Source: Leptospira sp. | Lineage (GTDB): Bacteria > Spirochaetota > Leptospiria > Leptospirales > Leptospiraceae | Length of the DNA: 64,000 nt | Direction: 5' to 3' | NCBI GenBank assembly: GCA_034439575.1 | Contig: JAWXAQ010000015.1 | Location: forward strand, 32,001-96,000 | Shown: piece after piece, positions 40,926 to 50,702 of the stretch | Layout of the letters: every line of letters starts with the position of its first letter | Position numbering within the stretch: position 1 is the first letter of the stretch | Notes under the pieces: generated by a model | The model's database searches: none | What the model was told of the DNA's origin: nothing | Seen by the model: the letters and a program-made list of their open reading frames with translations, nothing else | Program-made: the position numbers and the translations under genes

Positions 40926-41561
40926 TTAGAATCGAATTGTTTTTACCATCGCATCGCCTGCGTTTGGTAACTTTGTAGCTATTTTATCTAGGGCTTCTCT
41001 TGCATCTTCCATGCGGTAGAAATAACCAGCATACAATTTGCCAGCTGAAGTTCTAAAGATCCTTCCTTGTAAGCTTGGTTCTGTTTGTATCAATTGTTTA
41101 CCGACTTGAACTGCTTCTTCTGGGGAAAAATTTCCGATTTGGACCATATAATTAATTTGATCACTTTTGGGAGGGAACTTGAGTGTGGAAGGAAAAGGTG
41201 ATGCATCCGAACTCGCAGAATAACCACTATTATTCGTAGTTTGTGAATTAGAACTTTCTAAAGGACTATTTTGCGGTTCGAATTTTTGTGAACCAAGGCG
41301 AGAGGTTTTTCCAAGATTCGAAAATGATTTTTCTTGGTTCGTCTCAAATGCTTTTTCTTTTTGGTTTAATTGGATGCCGACGACCATTCCAGATGTAAAA
41401 AGTAAAATTGCACCAATCAGCAATATGAATGCAGACTTTGGTTTTTGGTTGGTTCTGTCAAAGACAGGTGACTGGTAATTTCCAGACTCAAATGATTCAG
41501 ACGGGTTCGGGGAATAACCTGAATTACCGCGGAGTCTACGTGAATAATCTATATTTTGCAT
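40926..41561 (-). CDS. Single-TM protein with C-terminal SPOR-like domain
   Basis: TM, Ser-rich linker, YMVQIGNFS..LYAGYF..EDAREAL. Confidence 0.7.
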   Translation of the reverse strand: MQNIDYSRRLRGNSGYSPNPSESFESGNYQSPVFDRTNQKPKSAFILLIGAILLFTSGMVVGIQLNQKEKAFETNQEKSFSNLGKTSRLGSQKFEPQNSPLESSNSQTTNNSGYSASSDASPFPSTLKFPPKSDQINYMVQIGNFSPEEAVQVGKQLIQTEPSLQGRIFRTSAGKLYAGYFYRMEDAREALDKIATKLPNAGDAMVKTIRF

Positions 41562-41627
41562 GGACTTTCAGAATCTCTTTTCTTAAAAGATCGGTTCAAA
41601 AAGTCCAAAAAACGAATGGTTTTTTTA

Positions 41628-41810
41628 TTATTTACCCGAAATGACCTCAGTTTGTCCTTCCGGGAGGATATAATAGGATTCGCCATCCTTACCTATTTCC
41701 GTTCTCTCTGGTTTCGAACTTTTGATTGCTTGTTCTACAGTCGAGATCGGTAAAACTTTTGAAAATCCTAATCTTTTACCCGATTGCAAGTGGATTTTCC
41801 AAACTGCCAT
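41628..41810 (-). CDS. Small hypothetical protein
   Basis: 60-aa ATG ORF, co-oriented with neighbours, protein-like composition. Confidence 0.4.
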   Translation of the reverse strand: MAVWKIHLQSGKRLGFSKVLPISTVEQAIKSSKPERTEIGKDGESYYILPEGQTEVISGK

Positions 41811-42144
41811 TATAAAGAGTTAATTTCTCTCGAAGATGAAAATTAGCAATGAGATCCTAACTTTGAGCACTAGATGTTATCTTCAATATAACTTCCGTTC
41901 CTTGATACCTATGAATTCTTCATCCACTTCCCAAACTACATTCAAAGGTAAATCGGATTTTGATTTTCCATTTTCAATTCTTTGAGTACTTTCATTCATC
42001 TGTTATATGTGATAAGTATAACAAAGAAACACCGACACATTTCGATTTGGAACCATCCAATCATCCATGCAAGTACAAACACGAATTTTGTGGGAAAATT
42101 TTGTCTGAAAATAGAAAAATTTAGAAAATATCCATCGATTTGCA

Positions 42145-42180
42145 ATAAAAAACCCGCTCAGTTTTTACTGAAGCGGGTTC
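42145..42180 (-). terminator. Rho-independent terminator of the cox operon
   Basis: Minus strand AACCCGCTTCAGT-AAAA-ACTGAGCGGGTT followed by a T tract, ~35 bp after the last gene. Confidence 0.8.
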
Positions 42181-42214
42181 ATAATCCTAATAGATTTTAA
42201 CTTAATTTTGATTT

Positions 42215-42817
42215 TTAGAAATACTTTACGCCTTCAAACCCGAGTTCTGGGAGAATTCGTGTAACAATGTCACCCATTGTAAAAGCAAAAAGTAGAGCCA
42301 AAAATCCAAAAGCGGATAGGAAAATCACACGATTGAGCATGTTATCATACTTTAAGTGCATAAAGTAAGCTAATACGAAAAATGCTTTAACGGATGCAAC
42401 TGCCATAGCTACGACCATATTTAGTTTCCCTAAGTCCACATAAGAAACTAACACAGTGATTACGGTTCCAACAAAAAGGATTCCTAAAATGACAGCGTAA
42501 GTAAAAATAGAAATCACATGATGATCATGTTCCTCTTCTTCTTCACCGTCACCATCTTCCACCCACATCGAAGCAGAAGCATGGTCTTCTTTATGATCTT
42601 CTTCACCTAAAACAAACTTCAGGACTTTATTGTCTTTGTTTTGTTCTTTGAATTGGTTGAACCTGTCTGTTTGGAAGAATTGAGAAACCCAGTTCCAAAT
42701 AAATCCACCAATGGTGGCAGTCGCAATACCGGGAGCAAAAATCCCAAATCCCAAAATGGGAGTGAACACTGCCACTAGGGCAATAAAATAAAGTCCGTAA
42801 TTGATAACGTATTCCAT
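42215..42817 (-). CDS. ctaF: Cytochrome c oxidase subunit IV family with N-terminal extension
   Basis: ASVKAFFVLAYFMHLKYD; last gene of the cox operon. Confidence 0.8.
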   Translation of the reverse strand: MEYVINYGLYFIALVAVFTPILGFGIFAPGIATATIGGFIWNWVSQFFQTDRFNQFKEQNKDNKVLKFVLGEEDHKEDHASASMWVEDGDGEEEEEHDHHVISIFTYAVILGILFVGTVITVLVSYVDLGKLNMVVAMAVASVKAFFVLAYFMHLKYDNMLNRVIFLSAFGFLALLFAFTMGDIVTRILPELGFEGVKYF

Positions 42818-42829
42818 AATACTTTCCTT

Positions 42830-43603
42830 TTAACCGACCAAATAAAGTAGAGGGAAGAGGTAAATCCACACAAGGTCGACCACGTGCCAGAATAGACCGA
42901 CACCTTCGACAACTGTATAGTATTCTGGTCCCACTTTTCTTCTAAGTGTTTTGATAAAGATCCAGAAGATCAAAATAATTCCCGCAACCACGTGGACTCC
43001 GTGAAGACCTGTCATTACGAAATAAAAACCGTAGAACATTTCCCATTTTGGTCTGGAAATGATGGCTTTTAGTTTTACAGCTTCTTCCGGTGAAACATGA
43101 TTTGCTTCCATCGCCTTTGGATCTTTTAATAAAGCTGCGATTTTTGTTTCGCAAGTATCTCTTTTTCCACCAGCGGCACAAGACGGATCAACGAGCGAAA
43201 ATTTTCCAGGAATCGTTCCTACGTGAATTTTGTGTGAATATTCAAAGTATTTAATAACCATGAACACACTGGCACAAGCAATCGTTAACGCTAACATAAT
43301 GGCCGCTATTTTGTGCAGTCCTCTTTGGACGTAACTAATCGCAGCTGCCATAGTAAATGAACTGATAAGTAAAACGACTGTGTTTACTGCGCCGAACACC
43401 TTGTTCAATGATTCCGAACCATTTTTGAAAACGGAAGGGTAAAGAGAATGATAAATAAGGTAACCTACGAATAGACCACCAAACATAAGTATCTCTGTGC
43501 AAAGGAATAGCCAAATCCCTTGTTTGGAAGAGGCATATTGATGTTCAGCACTCTTAAAATGGTGCTCGTGGTGAAATTCACTTGTAGAACTAACGGAAGT
43601 CAT
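42830..43603 (-). CDS. ctaE: Cytochrome c oxidase subunit III
   Basis: GIWLFLCTEILMFGGLF, MTGLHGVHV, FWHVVDLVWIYLFPLLY. Confidence 0.93.
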   Translation of the reverse strand: MTSVSSTSEFHHEHHFKSAEHQYASSKQGIWLFLCTEILMFGGLFVGYLIYHSLYPSVFKNGSESLNKVFGAVNTVVLLISSFTMAAAISYVQRGLHKIAAIMLALTIACASVFMVIKYFEYSHKIHVGTIPGKFSLVDPSCAAGGKRDTCETKIAALLKDPKAMEANHVSPEEAVKLKAIISRPKWEMFYGFYFVMTGLHGVHVVAGIILIFWIFIKTLRRKVGPEYYTVVEGVGLFWHVVDLVWIYLFPLLYLVG

Positions 43604-45212
43604 ATGGGCCTGCAGTAACTTTTGGTGTTTCTAGAAAATTTTCATGAGGAGGAGGAGAAGCGGTCTGCCATTCGAGCGTTTTTGCACCCCAAGGGTTCGC
43701 AGATGCTTTTTCGCCAGCAATCATTCCGTGAATGATTGTCACAAGACCTACTAAAAAACCAAGTCCGATCAACCAAGATCCAACTGTGGAGATTTGATTT
43801 AAGTTTGTGTATTCAGGTAAGTAATCAAAGTATCTTCTTGGCATTCCCATCGCACCGAGTATGAATTGTGGGAAAAAGGTAACATTAAATCCAGTGAAAA
43901 TCAATACCCAAGAAATTCGTCCACCAAGGTCAGATGTCATACGTCCAAACATCTTTGGGAACCAATAATAAATACCACCCATAAGGGCCATTAGAGTTCC
44001 ACCTACCATTACGTAATGGAAGTGAGCTACAACAAAGTAAGTGTCATGAAAATGAACATCCATACCAGTAGATGCTAGCATAACGCCTGTCAAACCACCG
44101 ATAGTAAAGAGGAACATAAATCCTATGGCGAATAACATGGGTGCTTCAAAAGAAACCGTTCCACGATACATGGTTGATATCCAATTGAAAAGTTTGATCG
44201 CTGTTGGAACACCCACTAACATCGTGATTACCGAAAATAGAATGCCCGCAAAAGTAGATTGTCCAGAAACAAACATGTGGTGTCCCCAAACAAGAAACGA
44301 TACTGCGGCAATGGCTACAGATGAATAAGCAATCGCTCGGTAGCCGAAAATTGTTTTCTTAGAGAAAGCAGTGATAAGTTCCGAAATCACACCCATCGCA
44401 GGAAGGATCATAATATAAACCGCAGGGTGAGAATAAAACCAGAAGAAATGTTGGAAAAGAACTGGGTCTCCGCCTAGATCTGGATCAAAAATTCCAATGC
44501 CTAAAGTTTTTTCCATCGCAAGTAAAAGTAGAGTAATCGCAAGGATAGGAGTCGCAAGGATTTGGATGATAGAAGTGGAGTAAAGTGCCCAAATCATTAA
44601 GGGAATTCGATCCATTGTCATACCAGGTGCTCGTAATTTGTGAGTCGTTACGATAAAGTTTAGCCCAGTTAAAATTGAGGAAAAGCCCATAGTAAAGGCT
44701 CCCATCACAAGTAGGATAACTCCATTTCCCGTTTTCGCCGTGGAATATGGGGTATAAAAAGTCCAGCCAGTATCTACTTGGTTGAAATACATTGAGGAAG
44801 CCGCTAATGCCGCACCAGCAATAAAGATATAATAGGAAAAAAGATTCAATCGCGGGAACGCTACATCTTTAGCACCTAGTTGAAGGGGAAGGATAAAGTT
44901 TCCTAAAAACGCGGGTATTCCTGGAATAATTACCATAAATACCATGATGGCACCGTGAAATGTCATGAATTTATTATAAGTATCTGGTTCCAACAGCGGG
45001 GTAGAACCAAATTTTGCCAGGTGCAAACGAATGCCCAAGGCAAAAAATCCACCTATCAAGAACAAAGTGGCTACTGTTGCAAAATACATAAGACCTATTC
45101 GTTTGTGGTCACGTGTGGTAAGCCAAGACCAAATACCCGGAGTATGATTCAGGTAGTTGTCGCCATGAGTCGCATGACCATGAGCAGTTTTTGTGTTTGC
45201 TGAACTCATCAA
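43590..45212 (-). CDS. ctaD: Cytochrome c oxidase subunit I (A2-type)
   Basis: DHKRIG, GWTFYTP, WFYSHPAVY, VWGHHMF, VVAHFHYV, GMPRRY. Confidence 0.97.
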   Translation of the reverse strand: MMSSANTKTAHGHATHGDNYLNHTPGIWSWLTTRDHKRIGLMYFATVATLFLIGGFFALGIRLHLAKFGSTPLLEPDTYNKFMTFHGAIMVFMVIIPGIPAFLGNFILPLQLGAKDVAFPRLNLFSYYIFIAGAALAASSMYFNQVDTGWTFYTPYSTAKTGNGVILLVMGAFTMGFSSILTGLNFIVTTHKLRAPGMTMDRIPLMIWALYSTSIIQILATPILAITLLLLAMEKTLGIGIFDPDLGGDPVLFQHFFWFYSHPAVYIMILPAMGVISELITAFSKKTIFGYRAIAYSSVAIAAVSFLVWGHHMFVSGQSTFAGILFSVITMLVGVPTAIKLFNWISTMYRGTVSFEAPMLFAIGFMFLFTIGGLTGVMLASTGMDVHFHDTYFVVAHFHYVMVGGTLMALMGGIYYWFPKMFGRMTSDLGGRISWVLIFTGFNVTFFPQFILGAMGMPRRYFDYLPEYTNLNQISTVGSWLIGLGFLVGLVTIIHGMIAGEKASANPWGAKTLEWQTASPPPHENFLETPKVTAGPYDFR

Positions 45213-45220
45213 ATTCTCCT

Positions 45221-46183
45221 CTATTTTATAGTTTTGATATATTCGATTAAATTTTCTATTTCTTCGTCATTTAACTGACCTTGAAATAATGGCATAGCTG
45301 GTGGAAAACCTTCTACAATTTTTGCCGATGAAACTAAGATGGATTCACGAAGGTAATTATCATCTGCCTTTGCAGTTGATCCGTCTGCGAACTTACGATT
45401 GTTTCCATAAAGACCTTTCATTGTTGGACCAACAATTTTTGAACCGTCAATGGAATGACAACTAGCGCAGGCTCTTTGTGCAAAGATCACCTTGCCCTTG
45501 TCAGCAGGCGTATCCGCACCTTTTTTCTCTGCATGATACCAAGCAGCATATTCCTCAGATGGAATCGCTTTGATTTTTATCATCATACCAGAGTGTTTTG
45601 TGCCACAATATTCAGTGCAAAAAACAATGAATTCGCCTGGATGAGTTGGTTCAAACCAAAGTTCCGTGTAACGACCAGGAACAGCGTCTTGTTTCGCACG
45701 GAAAGCAGGGACAAAAAAACTATGAATGACATCTTTGGATGTTAATATCAGTTTGGTGGCTTTTCCAGCGGGTACGATGAGTGGATCGTTTCCTGAGCTG
45801 TAGAATTCTTTACCATTGGCATATTTATAAGTCCATGCCCACTGTTCGCCTGTTACATGAATCTCAGCAGCAATGTCTGTTGGGGGAACTCTTAATTTTT
45901 CAAAAATCACCATGCCCCAATAAAAAATCACCATCATGATGACTAAGGGGATAAATGACCATAAAAACTCAGCAAAGTTGTTGTGAGTGATATAGGCTGA
46001 TTTTTGATCTGCTGTGTTTCGTTTGAATTTAATGAGGAACCATGTCATTCCTCCAATTAAAATCACAAACGAAATTAAACTCGAAATGATAAGAAAGGCG
46101 TAGAGAAGATCTACCTCTTTCGCGATTTCAGTTGCCTGAATCGGCATAAATGTGGTCGCCGGGTAGCTAGTAATCCAAGACAT
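45221..46183 (-). CDS. coxB: Cytochrome c oxidase subunit II with fused cytochrome c (caa3 type)
   Basis: DVIHSF, CuA motif CTEYCGTKHSGM, C-terminal CASCH. Confidence 0.95.
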   Translation of the reverse strand: MSWITSYPATTFMPIQATEIAKEVDLLYAFLIISSLISFVILIGGMTWFLIKFKRNTADQKSAYITHNNFAEFLWSFIPLVIMMVIFYWGMVIFEKLRVPPTDIAAEIHVTGEQWAWTYKYANGKEFYSSGNDPLIVPAGKATKLILTSKDVIHSFFVPAFRAKQDAVPGRYTELWFEPTHPGEFIVFCTEYCGTKHSGMMIKIKAIPSEEYAAWYHAEKKGADTPADKGKVIFAQRACASCHSIDGSKIVGPTMKGLYGNNRKFADGSTAKADDNYLRESILVSSAKIVEGFPPAMPLFQGQLNDEEIENLIEYIKTIK

Positions 46184-47029
46184 CTACAAGACTCCTTGAT
46201 GGTTATTCTTTGAACTTTTTCGCCAGTTAATAAATAAAAACGAGGCAAGTGCAAGGAGAGTAAACCCTGCGCCCATTTGCATTATTCTGTATGCGTATAT
46301 CGTATATTTATTTTTTCGTGGATCAAATTGAAAGCAAAATAAAGCAAAGCGGTCTACAAAACTTCCAATCTTGCCTTCACTTGCTTCCATAAAGGCCAAA
46401 CGTAAATCTCTTTCTCCAAATTGTATGCCTTGAAAGATTCTAGAAACAAATCCATCTGGGGTTAATACGTAGATACCGCTTGCGTGGATGTATTGCTTAG
46501 AAGGTTCATCCCAACGATAACGAAATTCCAATTGTTTTAAAAGCAAATCTATGGATTCGTCTGTACCTGTTAATAAATGAAACCCAGTCTCAGCGCCTGC
46601 CCTGCCATACTCTTTTAAGTAAGCCAGTTTTTTAGGATGAGAAACTTCTTTGGTTTCATTTGGATTAAAGGAAACGGCAATATAAATGAATTCTTTTCCG
46701 GCTGTCCAATCGAGTGCTTTTAATGTTTTCATCACACCGTTCATATGATAATTGCAAAGAGTGGGACATTTGAAATAAACAGGCGAAAGTAAGATTGGTT
46801 TGCCTTTGACAGCGAAATCTTTGAGGTTTACAGGATTTCCATGATCATCAAAAAAATCAATATCCAGATTTACCTTTTTTCCTGTAACATCGGCAAATCC
46901 AATTTCCTTTAAATCTTTAGGAAGTTTGTTGTCTTTGGTTAAATTCTCATGTGGGTCATAAGCAAAAGTTACCATCGGGAATATTAAGAAAATCGAATAT
47001 AGCCACGATCTTGAAAATTTAAATTTCAC
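46184..47029 (-). CDS. SCO family protein of the cox operon
   Basis: YFKCPTLC, VSFNPNE, YIHAS, FCFQFDP, C-terminal TM. Confidence 0.9.
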   Translation of the reverse strand: MKFKFSRSWLYSIFLIFPMVTFAYDPHENLTKDNKLPKDLKEIGFADVTGKKVNLDIDFFDDHGNPVNLKDFAVKGKPILLSPVYFKCPTLCNYHMNGVMKTLKALDWTAGKEFIYIAVSFNPNETKEVSHPKKLAYLKEYGRAGAETGFHLLTGTDESIDLLLKQLEFRYRWDEPSKQYIHASGIYVLTPDGFVSRIFQGIQFGERDLRLAFMEASEGKIGSFVDRFALFCFQFDPRKNKYTIYAYRIMQMGAGFTLLALASFLFINWRKSSKNNHQGVL

Positions 47030-47052
47030 AGTAAAGGTGTAAGTAGTATTTT

Positions 47053-47205
47053 CTATTTACTTTGTGCAGATGGATCGCCAAAGCCAGGGTTTTCGGGAGT
47101 TCCTGGATGAACGAAAGAAATATAAGCAAAAAATAGGATATTGAATGCGAGAGTGATTAAAAAAGTCCAGTATCCACTTTTAATATATAGATCTTGTTTT
47201 GACAT
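47053..47205 (-). CDS. 50-aa single-TM small protein heading the cox operon (absent from the ORF track)
   Basis: Translated by hand: MSKQDLYIKSGYWTFLITLAFNILFFAYISFVHPGTPENPGFGDPSAQSK; GAAGGG upstream; ends 23 bp before the SCO start. Confidence 0.65.
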   Translation of the reverse strand: MSKQDLYIKSGYWTFLITLAFNILFFAYISFVHPGTPENPGFGDPSAQSK

Positions 47206-47337
47206 AATGATGCGCCCTTCTCTTTTTTTAGTCTATGTTATAAGTCCTCCCAAATCTCCAACAATTTTTAGCTTTGTCTAGATTAAAATTATTTTCGCAG
47301 GGCTCACCTCGAGAATTCTAGTGGAAACAGATAAAAG

Positions 47338-48216
47338 ATGAAAATCCAAAGAATCTATTTTATTCTCACAGGCTTAGTTTTATTCAATATGATATTTGGC
47401 CCGCTCGTTCGGGCAACAGATTCTGGTTTGGCATGTCCGGATTGGCCACTTTGCCACGGTAAATTCGTGCCAGAATGGACATTTCATATCTTTATGGAAG
47501 TGGGACATAGATATTATTCAGGGATCTTGGGATTACTTATCCTGGGTGGATTTATAATCATATATAAAGACAAAGAAGCCTCCAAGCAATTGCTGGTTCC
47601 TGGAGTAATTAGCCTACTTTTCCTAATTTCTCAAGTCATACTTGGTGGACTTACCGTCACAAAGTTACTTCACCCAACAACAGTTAATCTTCATTTATTA
47701 AATGCGATATTACTTTTAATCACATGTCTAACGATAGCCCTTATGGCAAAAGAAAATGGCGATTCTAGTTTCGATTCAAAACCCAGAGCAAGGTTTTTAT
47801 TTTTGTTTCTAATTCTATCTATTGTTTACCAAATATTTTTAGGGGGAAAAGTGAGTTCCAATTATGCAGGACTTGCTTGTCCTGATTTTCCTACTTGTTA
47901 CGGATCATGGTTACCTGAGATGGTGGGAACAATTCGGTTTCAAATGGAACACAGATTATTTGGATATATATTGGCACTCATAGTTTTCGGAACTACCACC
48001 TATGCGATTTTTGAACTAAAGAACGAGAAGGTTAAGACTTTTTTAAAAATTGGTTGTTATCTGATTTCTATTCAAATATTACTCGGTGCTTTTAATGTAA
48101 TTTATAAATTACCAAAGCTTTTAACAGGTGTTCATACTCTCAATGCTGTCCTCACTTTACTTGCTTGTTATATCGCAAGTTTTTACCATTTTCGAAAAAT
48201 CAGGACTGAAAAGTAA
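47338..48216 (+). CDS. ctaA: Heme A synthase (COX15/CtaA)
   Basis: GLACPDWPLCHG, EVGHR, ACPDFPTC, MEHR. Confidence 0.92.
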   Translation: MKIQRIYFILTGLVLFNMIFGPLVRATDSGLACPDWPLCHGKFVPEWTFHIFMEVGHRYYSGILGLLILGGFIIIYKDKEASKQLLVPGVISLLFLISQVILGGLTVTKLLHPTTVNLHLLNAILLLITCLTIALMAKENGDSSFDSKPRARFLFLFLILSIVYQIFLGGKVSSNYAGLACPDFPTCYGSWLPEMVGTIRFQMEHRLFGYILALIVFGTTTYAIFELKNEKVKTFLKIGCYLISIQILLGAFNVIYKLPKLLTGVHTLNAVLTLLACYIASFYHFRKIRTEK

Positions 48217-48224
48217 AATCAATC

Positions 48225-49079
48225 ATGTTTAAAACTTGGAACCAGCTAACAAAACCTAGAGTAACGGTGCTCGTTCTTGCAACAGTGTTTCCTGGTTTAT
48301 ATCTAGGTATGTTAGAGACTCCGTCTTTAGCTCTGACACTCATCACTTTATTTGGAACTTATCTCATGAGTTCAGCATCCTTTATTCTAAATCAATACAT
48401 TGAATGGGAAAAAGATTCTGTCATGTACAGAACCAAAAAAAGACCAATACCTGCGGGCATAGTTTCCCCCAAACAAGCATTAATACTTGGTATATTTACG
48501 ATGTTTGCTGCTTTTGGCATATTATTTTATTTTGTAAATTTACTGACAGCACTTGCCGCATGGTCTGCCCTCTTGCTTTATGTATTTTTATATACTATTT
48601 GGTTAAAACCAAGAACCGAACAAAATATAGTCATAGGTGGAATCTCTGGTTGTATCGGACCTTTAATTGGTTATGCGGCCGCGGCGAATGAATTACCTCT
48701 ACCTGCATGGATTTTATTTTTAATGATTTTTCTATGGACTCCCGCGCATTTTTGGGCACTCGCTATCTTTTTAAAAGAGGACTATGAATTTGCAGGGATT
48801 CCTATGATGCCAGTGGTTTCCGGTGTTGACAAAACTGTGCGCCAAATCTTTTTATATTCTCTCGCTTATTCGGCCACTGTGATCGGATTTTATTTTACAG
48901 ACAACCGCATGGGGATCATTTACCTTTCCACATCGATACTATTGACCTTTCTTATTATCGCTTTTGCCTTGAAACTCTTAGTATCCAAAGAACCTATCCT
49001 CGCAAAAAAGTTTTTTTTCTTTAGCATTTTGCATCTTTTTCTAATTAGTATAGTCATCGTAATCGATACCAAAGTATAA
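48225..49079 (+). CDS. cyoE: Heme O synthase (protoheme IX farnesyltransferase)
   Basis: LTKPRV, DSVMYRTKKRPIPAG, YTIWLKPRT, WTPAHFWALA. Confidence 0.93.
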   Translation: MFKTWNQLTKPRVTVLVLATVFPGLYLGMLETPSLALTLITLFGTYLMSSASFILNQYIEWEKDSVMYRTKKRPIPAGIVSPKQALILGIFTMFAAFGILFYFVNLLTALAAWSALLLYVFLYTIWLKPRTEQNIVIGGISGCIGPLIGYAAAANELPLPAWILFLMIFLWTPAHFWALAIFLKEDYEFAGIPMMPVVSGVDKTVRQIFLYSLAYSATVIGFYFTDNRMGIIYLSTSILLTFLIIAFALKLLVSKEPILAKKFFFFSILHLFLISIVIVIDTKV

Positions 49080-49125
49080 AGTTTTTTTGATTGCCTAACA
49101 TGAAAGGTCGTTCACTCTTTCGGAC

Positions 49126-49791
49126 ATGGGCATACTTTCAAAATATTTTTCTCAAACTGATCTCTCAGAAATCAAACAAGCAGTAAAAGATGCGGAATCA
49201 AAAACCTCAGGTGAAATCGTTCCTTTTTTCGCAGAAGCCTCACATCATTATAAAGAGTTTTCTTGGTATGGATCATTTATCGGTGGTGGCATCAGTGGAT
49301 TTATATTGATTGGAATGGAATCATTGGGATTCCATTCTTGGTCGGATTCAAAAACCCTCACTGTAACTTACGTTTGGTTAGGTGCTATGATTGGACTGTT
49401 GATACCTTATTTTTCACCTATGATACGAAGGTTTATCATACCACTTTCAACAAAATCCTTCTTCGTCAATTTGAGAGCCAAAGAGGCTTTTCTAGATGAA
49501 GAAATATTTCTTACCCAAGATAGAACGGGTATATTGATTTATATTTCTCTCTACGAAAGAATCGTCCGTGTTTTACCTGATTTAGGGATATCAAAAATCG
49601 TTCCGCAGTCTGATTGGGACACGGCCGTGAATCTCATAGTCCAAGGTATGAAATCAGGTAAAAAAAAGGAAGGTATCATCGCCTCCATTTTGTTCTGTGG
49701 CACCTTACTCGAAAAATATGGAATCCATATTAAAAAAGATGATAAAAACGAAATCTCAGATGAAATCCGTGATGGTGGAACTCAGCTTTAA
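49126..49791 (+). CDS. TPM domain membrane protein
   Basis: AESKTSGEIV, TQDRTGILIYISLYER, DKNEISD. Confidence 0.85.
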   Translation: MGILSKYFSQTDLSEIKQAVKDAESKTSGEIVPFFAEASHHYKEFSWYGSFIGGGISGFILIGMESLGFHSWSDSKTLTVTYVWLGAMIGLLIPYFSPMIRRFIIPLSTKSFFVNLRAKEAFLDEEIFLTQDRTGILIYISLYERIVRVLPDLGISKIVPQSDWDTAVNLIVQGMKSGKKKEGIIASILFCGTLLEKYGIHIKKDDKNEISDEIRDGGTQL

Positions 49792-49806
49792 GAACAAACA
49801 TCGATT

Positions 49807-50685
49807 ATGAGAAATACTTTTACAACTTTTATACTTTTCACTCTCACGGGGCTAACTACTGGACTTTTGTCTATTCCAGTTCCTGAACTTTCCAGAAGAG
49901 TCACAGATACGGCAAATATTCTTTCCGAACAAACAATCGTTAGTATCGAAACCAAACTCAAAGCACATGAAGAACAAACTTCAAATCAGATAGCAGTATT
50001 GACCATACCATCGTTGGAAGGTGAGAGCATAGAAGAAGTCGCTGTGCAAGTTTTTGAAACTTGGAAGTTGGGTCAAAAGACAAAAAGAAATGGTGTATTG
50101 TTACTCATTGCACCTAACGAAAGGAAAATGAGAATCGAGGTGGGATACGGTTTAGAAGGTGCCCTCACCGATTTGCAATCATCACATATTATTAAAAGAG
50201 TGATCCGACCCAAATTCAAAGCTGGTGATATGAATGCAGGCGTCGAAGAGGGAGTAAATGCTATCATCGGAACCATTCAAGGCGAATACAAAGCCGATGA
50301 ATCAGATGTTCAAACGACAACTCAGATTTTTAAAGATGAAAATCCATTGAGTCCCTTTCTCGGTCCTATATTTATTATCTTAGGAATTTTCATTCCAGGT
50401 ATCGTTGGCTTTATCTTAATCGTGCTTGGTATTCCAGCATTGAAAATGGCTCTGGCATTATTTCTCGCCAAAGGTCTTGTTAGTTTTTTGGTACCGATCA
50501 TTGTGATCATTGCACTTATCATTAAGGTATTTGTGGTAAAAAATCGCTCAGGTGGCAGTGGTTCAGGGGGTGGGTTTTTTGGTGGTGGATTTGGTTCTTC
50601 CTCTTCTGATTCATGGTCTTCGTCGGATAGTTGGGGTGGTGGCGGTGGTGACTCTGGTGGTGGTGGATCTTCAGGAGACTGGTAA
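49807..50685 (+). CDS. TPM domain protein (YgcG-like) with Gly/Ser tail
   Basis: RVTDTANIL, NGVLLLIA, RIEVGYGLEG, GGGDSGGGGSSGDW. Confidence 0.9.
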   Translation: MRNTFTTFILFTLTGLTTGLLSIPVPELSRRVTDTANILSEQTIVSIETKLKAHEEQTSNQIAVLTIPSLEGESIEEVAVQVFETWKLGQKTKRNGVLLLIAPNERKMRIEVGYGLEGALTDLQSSHIIKRVIRPKFKAGDMNAGVEEGVNAIIGTIQGEYKADESDVQTTTQIFKDENPLSPFLGPIFIILGIFIPGIVGFILIVLGIPALKMALALFLAKGLVSFLVPIIVIIALIIKVFVVKNRSGGSGSGGGFFGGGFGSSSSDSWSSSDSWGGGGGDSGGGGSSGDW

Positions 50686-50702
50686 AGAAAAGAATAAGGA
50701 TT

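Noticed and set aside
50550-50685. GGT/TCT-rich tandem-like repeats
   Set aside because: They encode the usual Gly/Ser tail of YgcG-type TPM proteins.
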